Positions 31,395-45,849 of a stretch of 64,000 nucleotides of DNA are shown in pieces. This DNA comes from Octopus vulgaris (taxonomy: Eukaryota). The notes under the pieces are model-generated. The model worked only from the letters and a program-made list of their open reading frames with translations. It ran no database searches and was not told where the DNA came from. How positions within the stretch are numbered: position 1 is the first letter of the stretch; every line of letters starts with the position of its first letter. The position numbers were made by a program, and so were the translations under genes. Where the stretch lies: NCBI GenBank assembly GCA_951406725.2, contig OX597814.1:148490001-148554000 (forward strand), written 5' to 3'.

Positions 31395-32955
31395 ATGTAT
31401 TGGTTGAGGTTTTATTGATATTCGTTGGTACTAGAAGTGTTTGTAGTTACATGTATGTGTTGATAGTGGTATTATTGGTTTGTATGTTGTGCAGCCAATA
31501 GTACTTATGGTGTTGTTGCTAATGCTGTTGCAGTTATAATGCTTCAGATGTATGTCACTTGTCTTTTTGAGGTCATAGGAAGACATTTATAGCAACCTGT
31601 CCTTTTTATTTTCATTACATGATGTAACAATATCCCTGGAAATATTTCATTGTTTGGCAGTTCTACAACTATACTACGACTTGCCAATTATTTTGCTTTA
31701 AAAAAAAACATCACTCGCATAAATGAGCATATTCAACATACGACATCACATAATATACGAGATGACATCCAACTGGGGGAGTGTTCATATTTTCAATTAC
31801 GGAATATATTCTTGGTGCATTCATGATGCTGCTATTATTTGTTGTTACTTAACCACAGGTCATACCTTTTCAGTGTGCAAAGAACTACAAAACCATGTGG
31901 AGATTTTACTTTTAAGATGTGATGTAAGTCGGAAATTTGCTGCTGATGAATGGCCACTGATACAAGCACGTAGAGACGACACCCACTTTTGGCTCGATTT
32001 GTCCCATAATTTATTTTCAGATAATCACCTAAAACTAAATAAATAATCGGACATATTTGTATATAGGTACGTTGGGGATGTTTGTGCATACGTATGTATA
32101 TATGTATTCGTTGAAAACAGATAAGAACACTAAATTGGTAGAAACAATAAAATTGTCAGAATAAATGGTTTCCAGTAATTCATTTTGTTACTCACCATTC
32201 ACATCACGCCTGGCAAGAGTTTGTGTATCATACCTCGAAAATCGATGAAACAGCAACAATAAACCATATAAATGCTGTCGTTCAATAATGTCGAGGTTAC
32301 AATTGGTGGTAGAAGAAGAATTAAAGTGGGTATTAAAGCATACACATTGGTACGTCAATTCACGCAAACATATACACATACACACACACATATGTATATC
32401 ATGTATACACACACATATGTATATCATGCATAGCTGTAAATATATACCTGCGCAAATATTTAAATATATGCATATACATATTATATATTATATATATAAC
32501 AGCTTATTTATAAATTCGTACACACTTAAGTGTTTATGCATATGCATTTATAACATTACAGCATCAGAGTAACCATCAGACCATCATATGCTATTGTGCA
32601 TCGCATATTAGAATATAAATATATATATATATATATTTGTTGGTACTAGAAGTGTTCGTAGTTAAGTGTATGTGGTGATAGTGGTCTGTATGTTGTGCAG
32701 CTAATAGTACTAATGGTGTTGTTGCTAATGCTGTTGCAGTTATAATGCTTCAGATGTATGTCACTTGTCTTTTTGAGTTCATAGGAAGACATTTATAGCA
32801 ACGGCCGGATCGGAGCCATCTCAATATTAATCAGCCGAAATTGCGAGGATGATCCGATTCTTGACTGAAGATTGAAGGCTTCGAATGTCCCGTCCGTGTT
32901 TTTTGTAGTGTCTTCTAAATGTTTTACGTTCTTGTCCCAGTTTGTATTTTTCTAC

Positions 32956-33014
<59 letters not shown>

Positions 33015-33057
33015 TAATTTTCAACCACTTAACATATATATATATATATTATATATA

Positions 33058-33119
<62 letters not shown>

Positions 33120-36100
33120 GAAAAAACTGCGCAAAACTGGAGAGGACACTTCAGTGCTGCTGTAAAAACACGGGAGAAACACGGGAGGTAACAGTCACGA
33201 TTGATAAGTCTATTCAGATTGGCGTAAAATATGGGCGCTACGGGTTACCTCTGACGGTGGGAGGGACTTCCGTGTCTTATTGGTTAGCTACTGCCCACCT
33301 CAAGCTGGGCAGCCCCCAGTTAATAAGGTGCTGACCCGCCACAAGCCGCCTGCTCCATTGGGTGCTTGGAGCTAAGAGTACGACTCGGAAAGCGGCCTGC
33401 AACCTCTGCACCAGGCAAGCAACTAAAAGTCAAGAAAACACCAGTTCTGCGGTTGGCAAGCTGGAATGTCAGGACCATGTGTCCTGGAATATCTGATGAT
33501 CTTCTCAGGATTGAAGACACAAGGAAAACGGCCATCATTGACCGTGAACTAAAGAGGCTCAACATAGATATTGCTGGGCTGCAGGAGACAAGACTTCCCT
33601 CAAACGGCAAACTCAAAGAGCAGGACTTCACCTTCCTTTGGCAGGGAAGAGATCCAGAAGAACCTCGTCAACATGGCGTTGGCTTTGCAGTGAGAAACTC
33701 ACTACCCTCCTCAATAGAACCACCATCGGGAGGCACTGAGCGTATCCTCTCACTGCGCATCTCGACTTCTTCTGACTCAGTACATCAACTCAGCATCTAT
33801 GCTCCCACTCTCTACAGCTCAGAGGAGATCAAGGACCAGTTCTACAAAGATCTCAACTGTGTCATAGAAAATATACCAACGACTGAAAATATCTACCTTC
33901 TAGGGGATTTTAACGCTCGCGTGGGATCTGACCATGATTCGTGGCCCATTTGTGTTGGACACTTTGGTATTGGCAACATGAATGACAATGGTCAGAGACT
34001 ACTCGAATTCTGCACATACCACAACCTGTGCATCACAAACACATTCTTTACCAACAAGCCATCCCACAAGGCATCCTGGAGACATCCAAGATCTCACCAC
34101 TGGCATCAGCTGGATCTCATCATTACACGGAGATCCTTTCTGAATTCTACTCTATTGACCCGCAGTTACCACAGCGCGGATTGTGACACAGACCACTCAC
34201 TAATTAGAAGCAGGGTGAGGATTCTGCCTAAAAAAGTCCATCGCTCCAAGAAAGTGGGCCGACCACGCATCAACACCGCCAGAACCTCGGACCCTACACT
34301 GCGAAAATGTTTTGCTGCTTCTATCAAGGTTGCCCTCAGTAGCTGCCCAACCTCCTCTGCTGAAAGTAGGTGGGACTATATCAGGGAAGCCTTGTATACG
34401 ACATCATTGGATACTTTCGGCATGAGAGAAAGGCAAAACCCAGATTGGTTCAATGCTGGGCTCTCAGAGCTGGAGCCAGTTATCGAAGCAAAGCGTGCAG
34501 CTCTGGTGAAATACAAGAGTGACTCTTCTACAAAGTCACTCGAAGAACTCAGAAGGGCACGAAATAAAACCCAACTGACAGCCAGACGCTGTGCAAATAG
34601 GTATTGGCAGGAAATCTGTCAGAATATCCAATCAGCTGCTGACAGGGGCGACACCCGTGGGATGTATGCCGGTTTGAAGAAGGCCCTCGGTCCATCCGCA
34701 ACCAAGTCAGCCCCTCTGAAATCAACTACTGGAGATCTCATCAGGGATCAAGGCAAGCAAATGGATAGATGGGTGGAGCACTACCAGGATCTCTACTCAC
34801 GGGAGACCACAGTGGCTGAGGCTGCAGTCGAGAGTGTCAAGATCTTGCCAGTCATGTGCGAACTTGACAGTCCGCCATCTATATCAGAGCTCACCAAAGC
34901 TGTTGACTCCCTAGCAAGAAATAAGGCTCCGGGAAAAGACGGCATCCCCTCAGAGATCATCAAAGCCGGCAAAAACACCATCCTGCTTCGGCACCTTCAT
35001 GAGCTTCTGTGTCAGTGCTGGGAAGAGGGTACAGTCCCTCAGGATATGCGGGATGCCAACATCATTACGCTTTACAAAAACAAAGGTGACCGTGGTGATT
35101 GTAACAACTACCGAGGTATATCCCTTCTAAGCACTGTTGGAAAGACCTTTGCCCGCGTTATCCTGGCCAGGCTACAACTACTTGCTTCTCGAATCTATCC
35201 GGAATCGCAGTGTGGCTTTAGAAGAAGCAGATCAACTATCGATATGATATTCTCCATACGCCAACTTCAGGAGAAGTCCAGAGAGCAGAAAATGCCATTA
35301 TATATAGCCTTTATTGATCTAACAAAGGCTTTTGACTTGGTAAGCAGAACAGGCCTCTTCCTCCTGCTCCAAAAAATCGGATGTCCACCAAAGCTGCTGA
35401 GGATCATCAAGTCTTTCCATGATGACATGCAAGGCACCATACAGCACAACGGTTCAACATCAGCCGCCTTCCAAATAAAAAACGGGGTAAAGCAAGGCTG
35501 TGTCCTCGTTCCTACATTGTTTGGCATCTTCTTCTCACTCTTACTTTCACATGCCTTTCGGACATCAGATGATGGAGTGTTTCTGCACCGTAGAAGTGAC
35601 GGGAAACTGTTCAATCTCTCGCGTCTGCGTGCCAAGATCAAAATCAGAAAAGTCCTGATCAAGGAGATGTTATTTGCTGATGATGCCGCTCTGGTAACAC
35701 ACACAGAAGAAGCCCTCCAAAGGCTCATTAACTGTTTTGAGCAAGCATGTAACGACTTTGGCTTAGCTATCAGCCTTAAGAAGACCAACATCATGGGCCA
35801 GGCTACATCAGACATCCCAAACATACACATTGGAGACCACAGATTACAAGAGGTGGAGAAGTTTACCTATCTGGGCTCTACCGTTGCCCACAACCTATCC
35901 CTTGACGCTGAGCTCAATATACGCATTGGCAAGGCAGCTGCTGCGATGGCCCAACTCTCCAAACGGGCTTGGGACAACAATAAGCTGACCAAGACCACGA
36001 AAATGAAGATCTACCAGGCATGTGTACTCAGCACTCTACTGTATGGAAGCGAGACCTGGACGCTATACACACGCCAAGAGCGTCGCCTAAACATCTTTCA

Positions 36101-36705
36101 CCTGCGCTGCTTCCGAAAAATCCTCCGCATCAAATGGCAGAATCATATCCCCAACAAAGATGTCCTCAGGCAAGCAGGAACACCAAGCATGTTTGCACTC
36201 CTCACCCAAAGACGTATGAGATGGCTTGGGCATGTTAGCTGTATGAAAGATGGCAGAATCCCCAAGGACATAGTCTACGGAGAGCTTGCTAGGGGTACTA
36301 GGTCTGTGGGTAAACCGATCTTAGGTTACAGGGATGTTTGCAAAAGGGATATGAAGGCCTGCAACATCAATATTAGCGGTTGGGAGGCAGTTGGCGGCAA
36401 CCGTGGAGAAAGGCGACGTACAGTAAAAGAGGGAATACAAAAAGAGTGACAGAGAGAGAGAGGAGAAATGGAAAGAAAGGAAGAGACGTAAACAAGAGAC
36501 TATGGCACTACAACCAGCCAGGAACAGTCTTCGCTATATTTGCGGTACCTGCCAGAGGGAGTGTTTGTCCAGGATAGGACTACACAGCCACAGCAGGAAA
36601 TGTATCAGGACATGAAATATAAAAGCCGGACTAGACTATAAAAAAAAAAAAATGCGCAACTGCATTGTCTCCCGAGACAGAAAGGATGCCAATACAATAC
36701 AATAT
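33120..36705 (+). mobile_element. Near full-length RTE-clade LINE inserted in (TA)n
   Basis: Short 5' UTR, single APE+RT ORF, 3' UTR with a tgtctc-cc-gagaca stem-loop and (AATAC)n tail; (TA)n on both sides. Confidence 0.93.
33366..36449 (+). CDS. RTE polyprotein: AP endonuclease plus reverse transcriptase (start uncertain; C-terminus continues in another frame to 36615)
   Basis: APE motifs WNVRT, LQETR, IYAPT, GDFNA, LDLI, TDH. RT motifs KAPGKDGIP, NYRGISLLS, QCGFR, FIDLTKAFD, GVKQGC, LFADD, FTYLGS, LLYGSETW, RWLGHV. Confidence 0.95.
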   Translation: MELRVRLGKRPATSAPGKQLKVKKTPVLRLASWNVRTMCPGISDDLLRIEDTRKTAIIDRELKRLNIDIAGLQETRLPSNGKLKEQDFTFLWQGRDPEEPRQHGVGFAVRNSLPSSIEPPSGGTERILSLRISTSSDSVHQLSIYAPTLYSSEEIKDQFYKDLNCVIENIPTTENIYLLGDFNARVGSDHDSWPICVGHFGIGNMNDNGQRLLEFCTYHNLCITNTFFTNKPSHKASWRHPRSHHWHQLDLIITRRSFLNSTLLTRSYHSADCDTDHSLIRSRVRILPKKVHRSKKVGRPRINTARTSDPTLRKCFAASIKVALSSCPTSSAESRWDYIREALYTTSLDTFGMRERQNPDWFNAGLSELEPVIEAKRAALVKYKSDSSTKSLEELRRARNKTQLTARRCANRYWQEICQNIQSAADRGDTRGMYAGLKKALGPSATKSAPLKSTTGDLIRDQGKQMDRWVEHYQDLYSRETTVAEAAVESVKILPVMCELDSPPSISELTKAVDSLARNKAPGKDGIPSEIIKAGKNTILLRHLHELLCQCWEEGTVPQDMRDANIITLYKNKGDRGDCNNYRGISLLSTVGKTFARVILARLQLLASRIYPESQCGFRRSRSTIDMIFSIRQLQEKSREQKMPLYIAFIDLTKAFDLVSRTGLFLLLQKIGCPPKLLRIIKSFHDDMQGTIQHNGSTSAAFQIKNGVKQGCVLVPTLFGIFFSLLLSHAFRTSDDGVFLHRRSDGKLFNLSRLRAKIKIRKVLIKEMLFADDAALVTHTEEALQRLINCFEQACNDFGLAISLKKTNIMGQATSDIPNIHIGDHRLQEVEKFTYLGSTVAHNLSLDAELNIRIGKAAAAMAQLSKRAWDNNKLTKTTKMKIYQACVLSTLLYGSETWTLYTRQERRLNIFHLRCFRKILRIKWQNHIPNKDVLRQAGTPSMFALLTQRRMRWLGHVSCMKDGRIPKDIVYGELARGTRSVGKPILGYRDVCKRDMKACNINISGWEAVGGNRGERRRTVKEGIQKE

Positions 36706-36724
36706 ATATATATACATATATATA

Positions 36725-36824
<100 letters not shown>

Positions 36825-37800
36825 ATTTACATACAAGGGCAAACATTGGTAATCTAATCTAATTAATTATTGCGAACCCTACAGTATCGAGATAAATAAA
36901 GCAGGGCATACTATCAGCATTTCTAAATTACTGTTGTCTTTGAGTTTATGGGAGATATATTTACTAATCTTTGTTGAAGCAGTGAGAAAGGCTAAATCAT
37001 GGCAGGTGGATTCCTTCTTCTACGGATGATACACTGAAAAGCATATACGTGATGTACCACAGTAAATACCCTTGACATCGTTTTAAAAAGCATATGGGTC
37101 GTGAAATTACCCCTCTCTAATCTATTATACGGTATAGATGAATGGGAATCCTGTAGGGCTGGTCACCTTCATTATGCCTATAGAATGCTGTCAGTTCCCT
37201 TGCATCGAAAGCAAACAAAAAAAACGTATAAATATATATTTTTATAAACAAGCGTTAATAAACACGTAAACGAGTCGTTTTTGTTTTTCCCGTGGGGAGA
37301 TGATAAACTATTCAGTACCATTTTACACCGGCGAAAATAGCTTTATTAGCAATAAATTCGTGTAAATTGCCTTATGTCTCTAGGCTGACAGTTTTCCGCC
37401 CTCACACACATCTATATGTTTCTGTGTATTTGCGTGTGTCTGTGTGTGTTATAACATATATTGTGTGTACAATTAGATGTACGACTGCTTAAATTAAAGA
37501 GTTCTACTTAAATTACAATCATCCCGTCTACTTCCCTTATAGTGGGTTGACTACCAATGTACTTAGTAATATTACTCGTTAAGATATACAGAGGAAATGC
37601 AGGAGACATTACGAGAAACGCAACCTTATGCTCTTAGTTCCTGCGTACGCCTCACCATTGTGGTTGTTCGGAACTTTGTATTTGACATTCCAATTAAAAC
37701 AGCAAGGAATTATCAGGGACACACTCAGTGACATTTTGGTGCACAGATCTAATGTTTCTCTAATGTTACAGATATTACCTCTCTATAACGTAATGCGATA

Positions 37801-37906
37801 AATTTTCCCCCTGATGATGCCTTGTGACTAAGCATCAATTTGTAAATGGAATAGCTAATATGCGTTTCCAAGGACCAACGCAGGTGAAAAGTACGTAGGG
37901 AAAATT
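37801..37906 (+). ncRNA. Type I hammerhead ribozyme with long stem II insertion
   Basis: aattttcccc CTGATGA t gcct-[about 60 nt including hairpin tgcgtt/aacgca]-aggt GAAA agtacg TA gggaaaatt: 9-bp stem I, near-palindromic stem III with one mismatch. Confidence 0.7.
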
Positions 37907-39169
37907 AGTATAAATTTGTGTTCATCGTAAGTTTTTTACTCACTCACACACATACATTCACACATAGATACACACGCACACACACACAAACTCTTCAAAC
38001 AATGATCAAGGAGTGCAGAAATTCAAAGATGGTTCTATGCGAGTTGAAAATAATAGTAGAGGACATAAGCAAACGTATATTCACTCTCGTATAGTAAGCC
38101 TATTATTTGGCTGCATTATAGAACGTGGACGTATCAGTATAACGATACGAAGCTTTGTCCCATGTGTAGGCAGAAAATGATATTGACAGTTTAATTTGAA
38201 CATTTATTAGCATTTCACCGGAGATCACTTAATTATTCTATCTCTCAAGAAAGAATAATAGCCTATATATATTTCTATAAAAGATAAATTGGTATAAAAC
38301 TAAATTGACTTGCATAATTTGCATAAAAGCGAAGACATTGGCAATGTGAGTTAATTAATTAACATAGAAGTCCGATAAATATAGCTGAATGGGGAATTTA
38401 AGAATGTTTGTTTTAGTGAAAATTGAGAATTTAGTGAGACTAAGAATTACTATAAGGCATCTAGTAAGGAGGTTGATTGTAGTCTCGATGATGTCTTATA
38501 AAATAGATATGAATAAATTGAAGCATCTAAGCTGTCTCCAATAACACACTTGGAGACAGTATATTCAGTCAGATCAGGAAAATTCTCAACAGCAGTGACG
38601 AACAAATTAGTGAATGCAAATAGGATAATACCGTACCCGAACGCGAACCACAATGAAGCAGAAATCGTAGCATAAGCCTGGCGCAATTTCATCAGTCCAC
38701 CACCGTGGTCAATACCTTATTTTATCGAACTTGCTGGGATTTGAACTGAGAGCGGGAAAAGAAAACCGAAAACATAACATAAAGCTTCCCATCTAAATGT
38801 ACTGATACCAAAGTCATTGTTCAATTCAAACCGTAACTAAAATGTGAAATTTTACGTAATATACTTTCGCAATTTTGCCTTTCAACTTCATTTACCTTCT
38901 GCTTATATTCTTCACTTATCTTGTGTCTATAAAGTAAATCGTATTACTAATAAATGTATTCCAACGAAAAGGACCAATTTAGTTCAGTCCGAAATGGGGC
39001 ATTCTATAAATACCCGTAAAATGTAATTGACTCTGTTAATGAAACTTGTTAACAGACCAATCACTGTTTTGAAGCTAATAATAAATAAGGATTTTAATTC
39101 GAATTTTTTTTCTGTTAAAGCATTACTACAACTCTCCGAAATTTATGTACTGACTCTACACACACTCGA

Positions 39170-39222
<53 letters not shown>

Positions 39223-39368
39223 TATGTATATAAATGTATGTGTATTTTTTAAATGTGTACAAATAACATGAAAAAAAAAATACTTACCATGAAAGTGCCA
39301 AGGAAGTTACAGCCTAGTTATAGAGATAGAAATTCCAGGGTTAAGTGAAATGTTTTTGATGACAGATG

Positions 39369-40806
<1,438 letters not shown>

Positions 40807-41040
40807 GGATATATAGATATATATGTATATATATATATATATGTATGTACATCCATATATATACATATAAAGACAAAAATGACAGAAATAGTTTGATAAG
40901 ATATTATTTCACAATACGTAAATTCTCTTGTGTCGTATTTTATATTCTATATTACATACAGAGATACATACATACATATATACATACATGCATACATACA
41001 TACATACATACATACATACATACATACATACATACATACA

Positions 41041-41073
<33 letters not shown>

Positions 41074-41196
41074 GCTCATATATATATATATAAGCATTCA
41101 TGCACACACATGCACACACATACAAATATATATACATAAATAAACATATTATTATAAGTGGCGAGCAAGCATAAACCCAAAAAGGTAAATTTATTA

Positions 41197-41377
41197 ATTC
41201 ATAATGAAAGGTACAAGATAGTACTAGATAGTACTAGCGTTGCAAGAAATAAAAGTCGAAATAAATTTAAACAAGCAACAATATTGCTTAATTTTCAGTG
41301 ATATTGTGGCTTATTTGAGTATTTACGGCTCTTATTTCTAGCAATGCTGGTACTATCTTGTACCCTAAATTATGAAT
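41197..41377. repeat. Imperfect palindrome of about 180 bp (fold-back or MITE-like)
   Basis: attcataat..ggtacaagatagtactag..ttgcaagaaataa..aatattgct pairs with agtgatatt..ttatttctagcaa..tggtactatcttgtacc..attatgaat around an 8-nt loop. Confidence 0.75.
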
Positions 41378-41689
41378 AAATATACGCCTATATATAACAA
41401 AGTAAACTTACAAAGTACCGCACGAATGAAAATATATAGGAAAGAGGATTTGAAAATGCAAAGGTATTTGAAAGATGATTATTGACTTGACTGGTTTCTA
41501 TTTAAAAGAAAAAAAATTATCAAAAGTAAAATGTAAAGCTTGGTATAAGCTTTGTTGTGTTATACAAAGCTTTTACAAAGTTCTACATTTTATTTTTGAT
41601 AATCGTTTTTTTTCTAAAGTGAAACCGATCGAGTCAATAAAGATATTTAAAAGACTTTTGCATTGTCAAACCCTCTTTCCTATTTATAT

Positions 41690-44600
41690 ATATACGTGAA
41701 GATATAGACTCCTTCTGGAGGGAAATCTGGAGTGAGAGAGAAGGAATTTAACCAAGGTTTTCTTTGGCAGAAAGAAATCGGAAAAAGTTATTGCTCCTGC
41801 ATTATATCCAATACACACATCATCCATGGTGAAACACTTGCAACTGTGATCCAGATACTCCAGGATGGAAAGGCACCTGGAAGAGACTTGATTCTTGGAT
41901 ATTGGCACAAGAAGCTAAAATTCTACCGACCGTATCTTAACAATCTGTACCAGCAACCTTTTATTGGGGAGAGTAGCATACTACACTGGTTAGGTCTGGC
42001 AGAGACAAAATTCATCCCCAAATGCAGAACCATCCACATGGCAAAATCTACCGGCTATTAGCATGCCAGAACTTAATGTATAAAATATATACAGCATGTT
42101 TAAACCTCTTCATCCAGGATCATTGTGTGAAACCAATAACATTATCTCGACAGAACAAGCAGCTTGGAAGAAGAAAATCTGGGGATGTGCCGAGCATTTG
42201 TTACTCAACAAAACTATGATGTCAGATGTGCGAGATCATAGGAGGGAATTAGTTTCAATGTGGCTAGACAACAAGAAGGCCTTTGACACTCTTCCCTACA
42301 CATGGATGCTAGAAGCCCTTCAACTTGCTAAAGTTCCAGTGAGAATAGTCAAAGCTATAGCGGACTTGATCGTGGGTCATCATCTTGAAATTAAACACAA
42401 AGAGTGAATGTATTATCAACGATAGAATATAGTATCGCTAAGGCATATTCCAAGGAGACAGACTCTCTAATGCTGCTTATACTTTCTATAAACCCCTTGC
42501 CAATCATGTTAAGGAAGTCTGAAGGATATCTCACTGGTAAACATTTTTCTTTGTAGATGACTTAAAACTGTATGCAAAGAATATGCTTGAGATGAAAAGA
42601 GCCTTGACCTAGTTATAACATACTTGAGGGATGCAGAGTAGGGGTTTGCACAGGCTAAAAGGTGATATATGGTTGTGAAACTATAAACCAGATTAATAAC
42701 ATTTCCATCAATGATTAGACTGTTTCCCCTCTATCTGACGAGGAATGTTACAAGTATCTAGGGGTGGATGAAAATATATCTTACAGTGGCACCTGTAACA
42801 AAACACGTGTCACTAAAGCATATTAGAGCCGAATAAAAAAAATGGATCTCAAAATGCTCTGCATTTCAATAAAACAGTGGCCCACAATGTTTTGCAGTGC
42901 TAGTACTCATACCAACATTTGGGCTGTTTGATTGGACGCTTGATGAGATCCGAGCCATTAATGTGATATCCCCAAAATACTAACAAGCACACATGATTTC
43001 CACATAAACAGTGATGTAGGCCGCCTCTAACTAAAACGAAAACAAAGTGGAAGAGGCTTATCGAACTAAAATGCCTTTGAATGTAGCGTCATATCCCTCC
43101 GGCAACATCTTTTAACCACCAAGTTTCGAAATGCATCCCTTGACCAAGTTTGCATACATAAGGCTGATATCATAATACGACTTGGAGGGCAGCTGCTTGC
43201 GCAACACTCTTTGCAAGATAACCTAGAATACATGCCCAAAAATGTCGAACGACTCTACTGCAAACTGCCATCAAATGGAAGGATGACCCTATATGAGCAG
43301 AAGATATGTTACTAGAAAGCTCCGTGATAATAGTAAGATCATGAAAGCAGTTAATCATGGACCAAGAGTTGGATTACTACATCCCACTTTGAAGGGTATG
43401 CGTTTGCAATGCAGGAACAGAAAATATGAACCTAGTACCTGATGCACAAAAGGATAGAGATGTAGGTAAAGCAGTAAAGTTCACACAGAAGATAGCACGC
43501 TCATCATAAGCAGTTGTCTAAAATGTCATCACGGTATTATCTACCAACGAGATATGACGTTGTAGCTAGGACACTCTATAATGAAATCTCTCAGAAGGAT
43601 AATCCCGGGGACAAAGAAATAAGAAACCACAATGTGGTAGAAGCCATAGCTACTCGTAATGAAAAAGAATACTGGTGGAATAGACCAGTGAAGACCTCAA
43701 TAAAATGTAAGCACAATAGCTCTTATATAATGATTTGTGAGAGAGAAGTGGAGAGTTGTGGAAATTAGCTACCCATAGGATGTTAACATGAAGCTGAAGA
43801 TCAATGAAAAAGAGCTTAGCTATGCTGAACTATTGAGAATTCTGCAGTTACGCTATCCAGGTAACAAGTTCAGCTATATGCTTGTAATTATTGGGGCCCT
43901 TAATACCAATTTTGAGAAATTAGGCTTCTCAAAGACAGAAAGGAGAAAGCTAATTTGAAGACTATAGATCCAATCCATCACTGGAACTGTAAAAACCTGT
44001 AAAACTTTCCAGAAGTTTATCATTTAAATATATATGAGCATGTCTAGATATGAAACTATATGCATGAGAATATATACATAAAAAATGCAAATTTGCACAT
44101 AATACCCTGCTGCTGATGTTGAAATTCCAATGAAGGTTACTGGGATCTAGGTTAGAAACCGTGTTTTTCTCTGTTGACAAGAAATCTTGAAATACACTCT
44201 ATAATGGCATACATACATATAGTGAAAAGAAAATATCTACTGCAGATCAGTGAAAAAGAGATTACCTACGCTGAACTATTGAGAAATCTGCAATTACACT
44301 ATCCAGATCCCAAGTTCAGGTTTATACCTGCAATCATTGGAACCCCGGGATATGTACAACGCTGCCTAAATACCAGTCTTGAGAAATTAGTCTTCTCAGA
44401 ACTAGAAATGGAAAAGTTAATTCAGAAGACTACAGATCCAATCCATTACTTGAACTTTAAATATCTGTAAAACTTACCAGAAACCTATCATTCAGATATA
44501 TATGAGCACGTCTAGATATTCAAGTGTATGCATGGGAATACATACATTAAGCAAAACATACAAATCTTCATATATACATACATACAAAAATACTGTGTGA

Positions 44601-44700
44601 TGTTGAAATTCCAAATGGAGGAGCCTTCGATCTAGATTAGAAACCGGCTCTTTCTCTATTGGCAAGAAATCTTGAAATAAAACTGAACGATGACATATGT
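41690..44700 (+). mobile_element. Pseudogenised R4/Dong-like RLE non-LTR retrotransposon with duplicated 3' end
   Basis: Collinear motifs across frames: KAPGRDLILGYWHKKL, YRLLACQNLMYKIYT, GCAEHLLLN, WLDNKKAFD, GIFQGD, FFVDDLKLY, YKYLG, FEGYAFAMQEQ, RYDVVAR, WWNRPV. Many stops and frameshifts. Confidence 0.85.
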
Positions 44701-44799
44701 ATCTATGAATGACTCTCCCGTCTCAGATGACATATGAGCATTCAGTTCTTTTTTTTTTTTTTGCCGAATGACCTACACAAACGATTTGATTATATTGAT

Positions 44800-45012
44800 G
44801 AAATGTTCGTGCCACACTTTAGCTCACTATCTCCAGCAAATCGTCGTTGTCTGACCAGGTGCAGAGAGTTCCACTCACCAGGTGTCGAAGTGATCGCAGA
44901 GCAACGGGAGAGGGGATGTTTTGTTGAAGAACACGAGGTACCACCCGATGTAATACCTGAAACCCCGATCTCGAGATCACGAGTAAATCAACGTAACCAC
45001 TACGCTATGCGC
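44800..45012 (-). mobile_element. tRNA-derived SINE head, third family (related copy at about 8840-8960)
   Basis: Minus strand starts gcgcatagcgtagtggtta. cagagcaac...tgttttg[t/c]t.aagaac.c is shared with 8875-8915. Confidence 0.5.
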
Positions 45013-45755
45013 TCACACATACTCGCACAAATACACATACATATATAGTTATGGAAAATACGCAGACAAATAGATAAATAGAGAGAGAAACCGAGAGAGA
45101 CAGAGGGAAGTGTGTACATATGTGTATATGCCTGTGAAGACATAATTGTTTAAAAGGTATATTGATATATAAATCCGTATAGATATGAAAATAAATACAG
45201 CGCATTTGATTAGAGGATAATATGATGGAAACCATAACACTTGTACTTTCGAACGAAATCATTTGTTTTGAATTTATATGAATAAAAGAATATTTTTGTG
45301 AAAAGTATCTTCTTAATAATTCTATGGATCACCCACCTCCAAAAAAAAAAAAAGGAGAACGTTAAAGATTTTTTTATAAATCAACGCAATGCACAGATAT
45401 TATGATCGCTTTTCAAGAAATCCTTAATAAAACAAAAGATATAATATCTGCTATTCATGTTTCTTCTAACGCAAATACTCGAAAGAAAAGAGCACTTTCT
45501 TTGGCAATATTCCGAACTGTTTGAGAAGAAAGCCGTTATTAATAACTTTCCATCTCCAAATATTTATGTGGTAGCAATTATTGTAATATAATTGCCAATA
45601 TAAAAATAACACAGTGTATATTAATTCCATTCACCGTCAAAAAGTTATTTTTCTAACATGACAATAAAATACCTCTCTGTCATTTAAATGAGGTAATATA
45701 CGATTGAACAAATTACATCTTTATCGCGGGTATACAAAGCGGCATAAACACACAG

Positions 45756-45799
<44 letters not shown>

Positions 45800-45813
45800 C
45801 ATACATATATATA

Positions 45814-45849
<36 letters not shown>

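Noticed and set aside
32830-32892. GAAA followed by CTGAAGA (possible permuted hammerhead)
   Set aside because: Could not build consistent stems or an NUH site.
34793-35830. Antisense ORFs inside the RTE element
   Set aside because: Shadow frames of the RT coding sequence.
38450-38700. 80-aa ORF and a minus-strand CTGATGA
   Set aside because: No recognisable protein motif, and no GAAA box at a suitable position.
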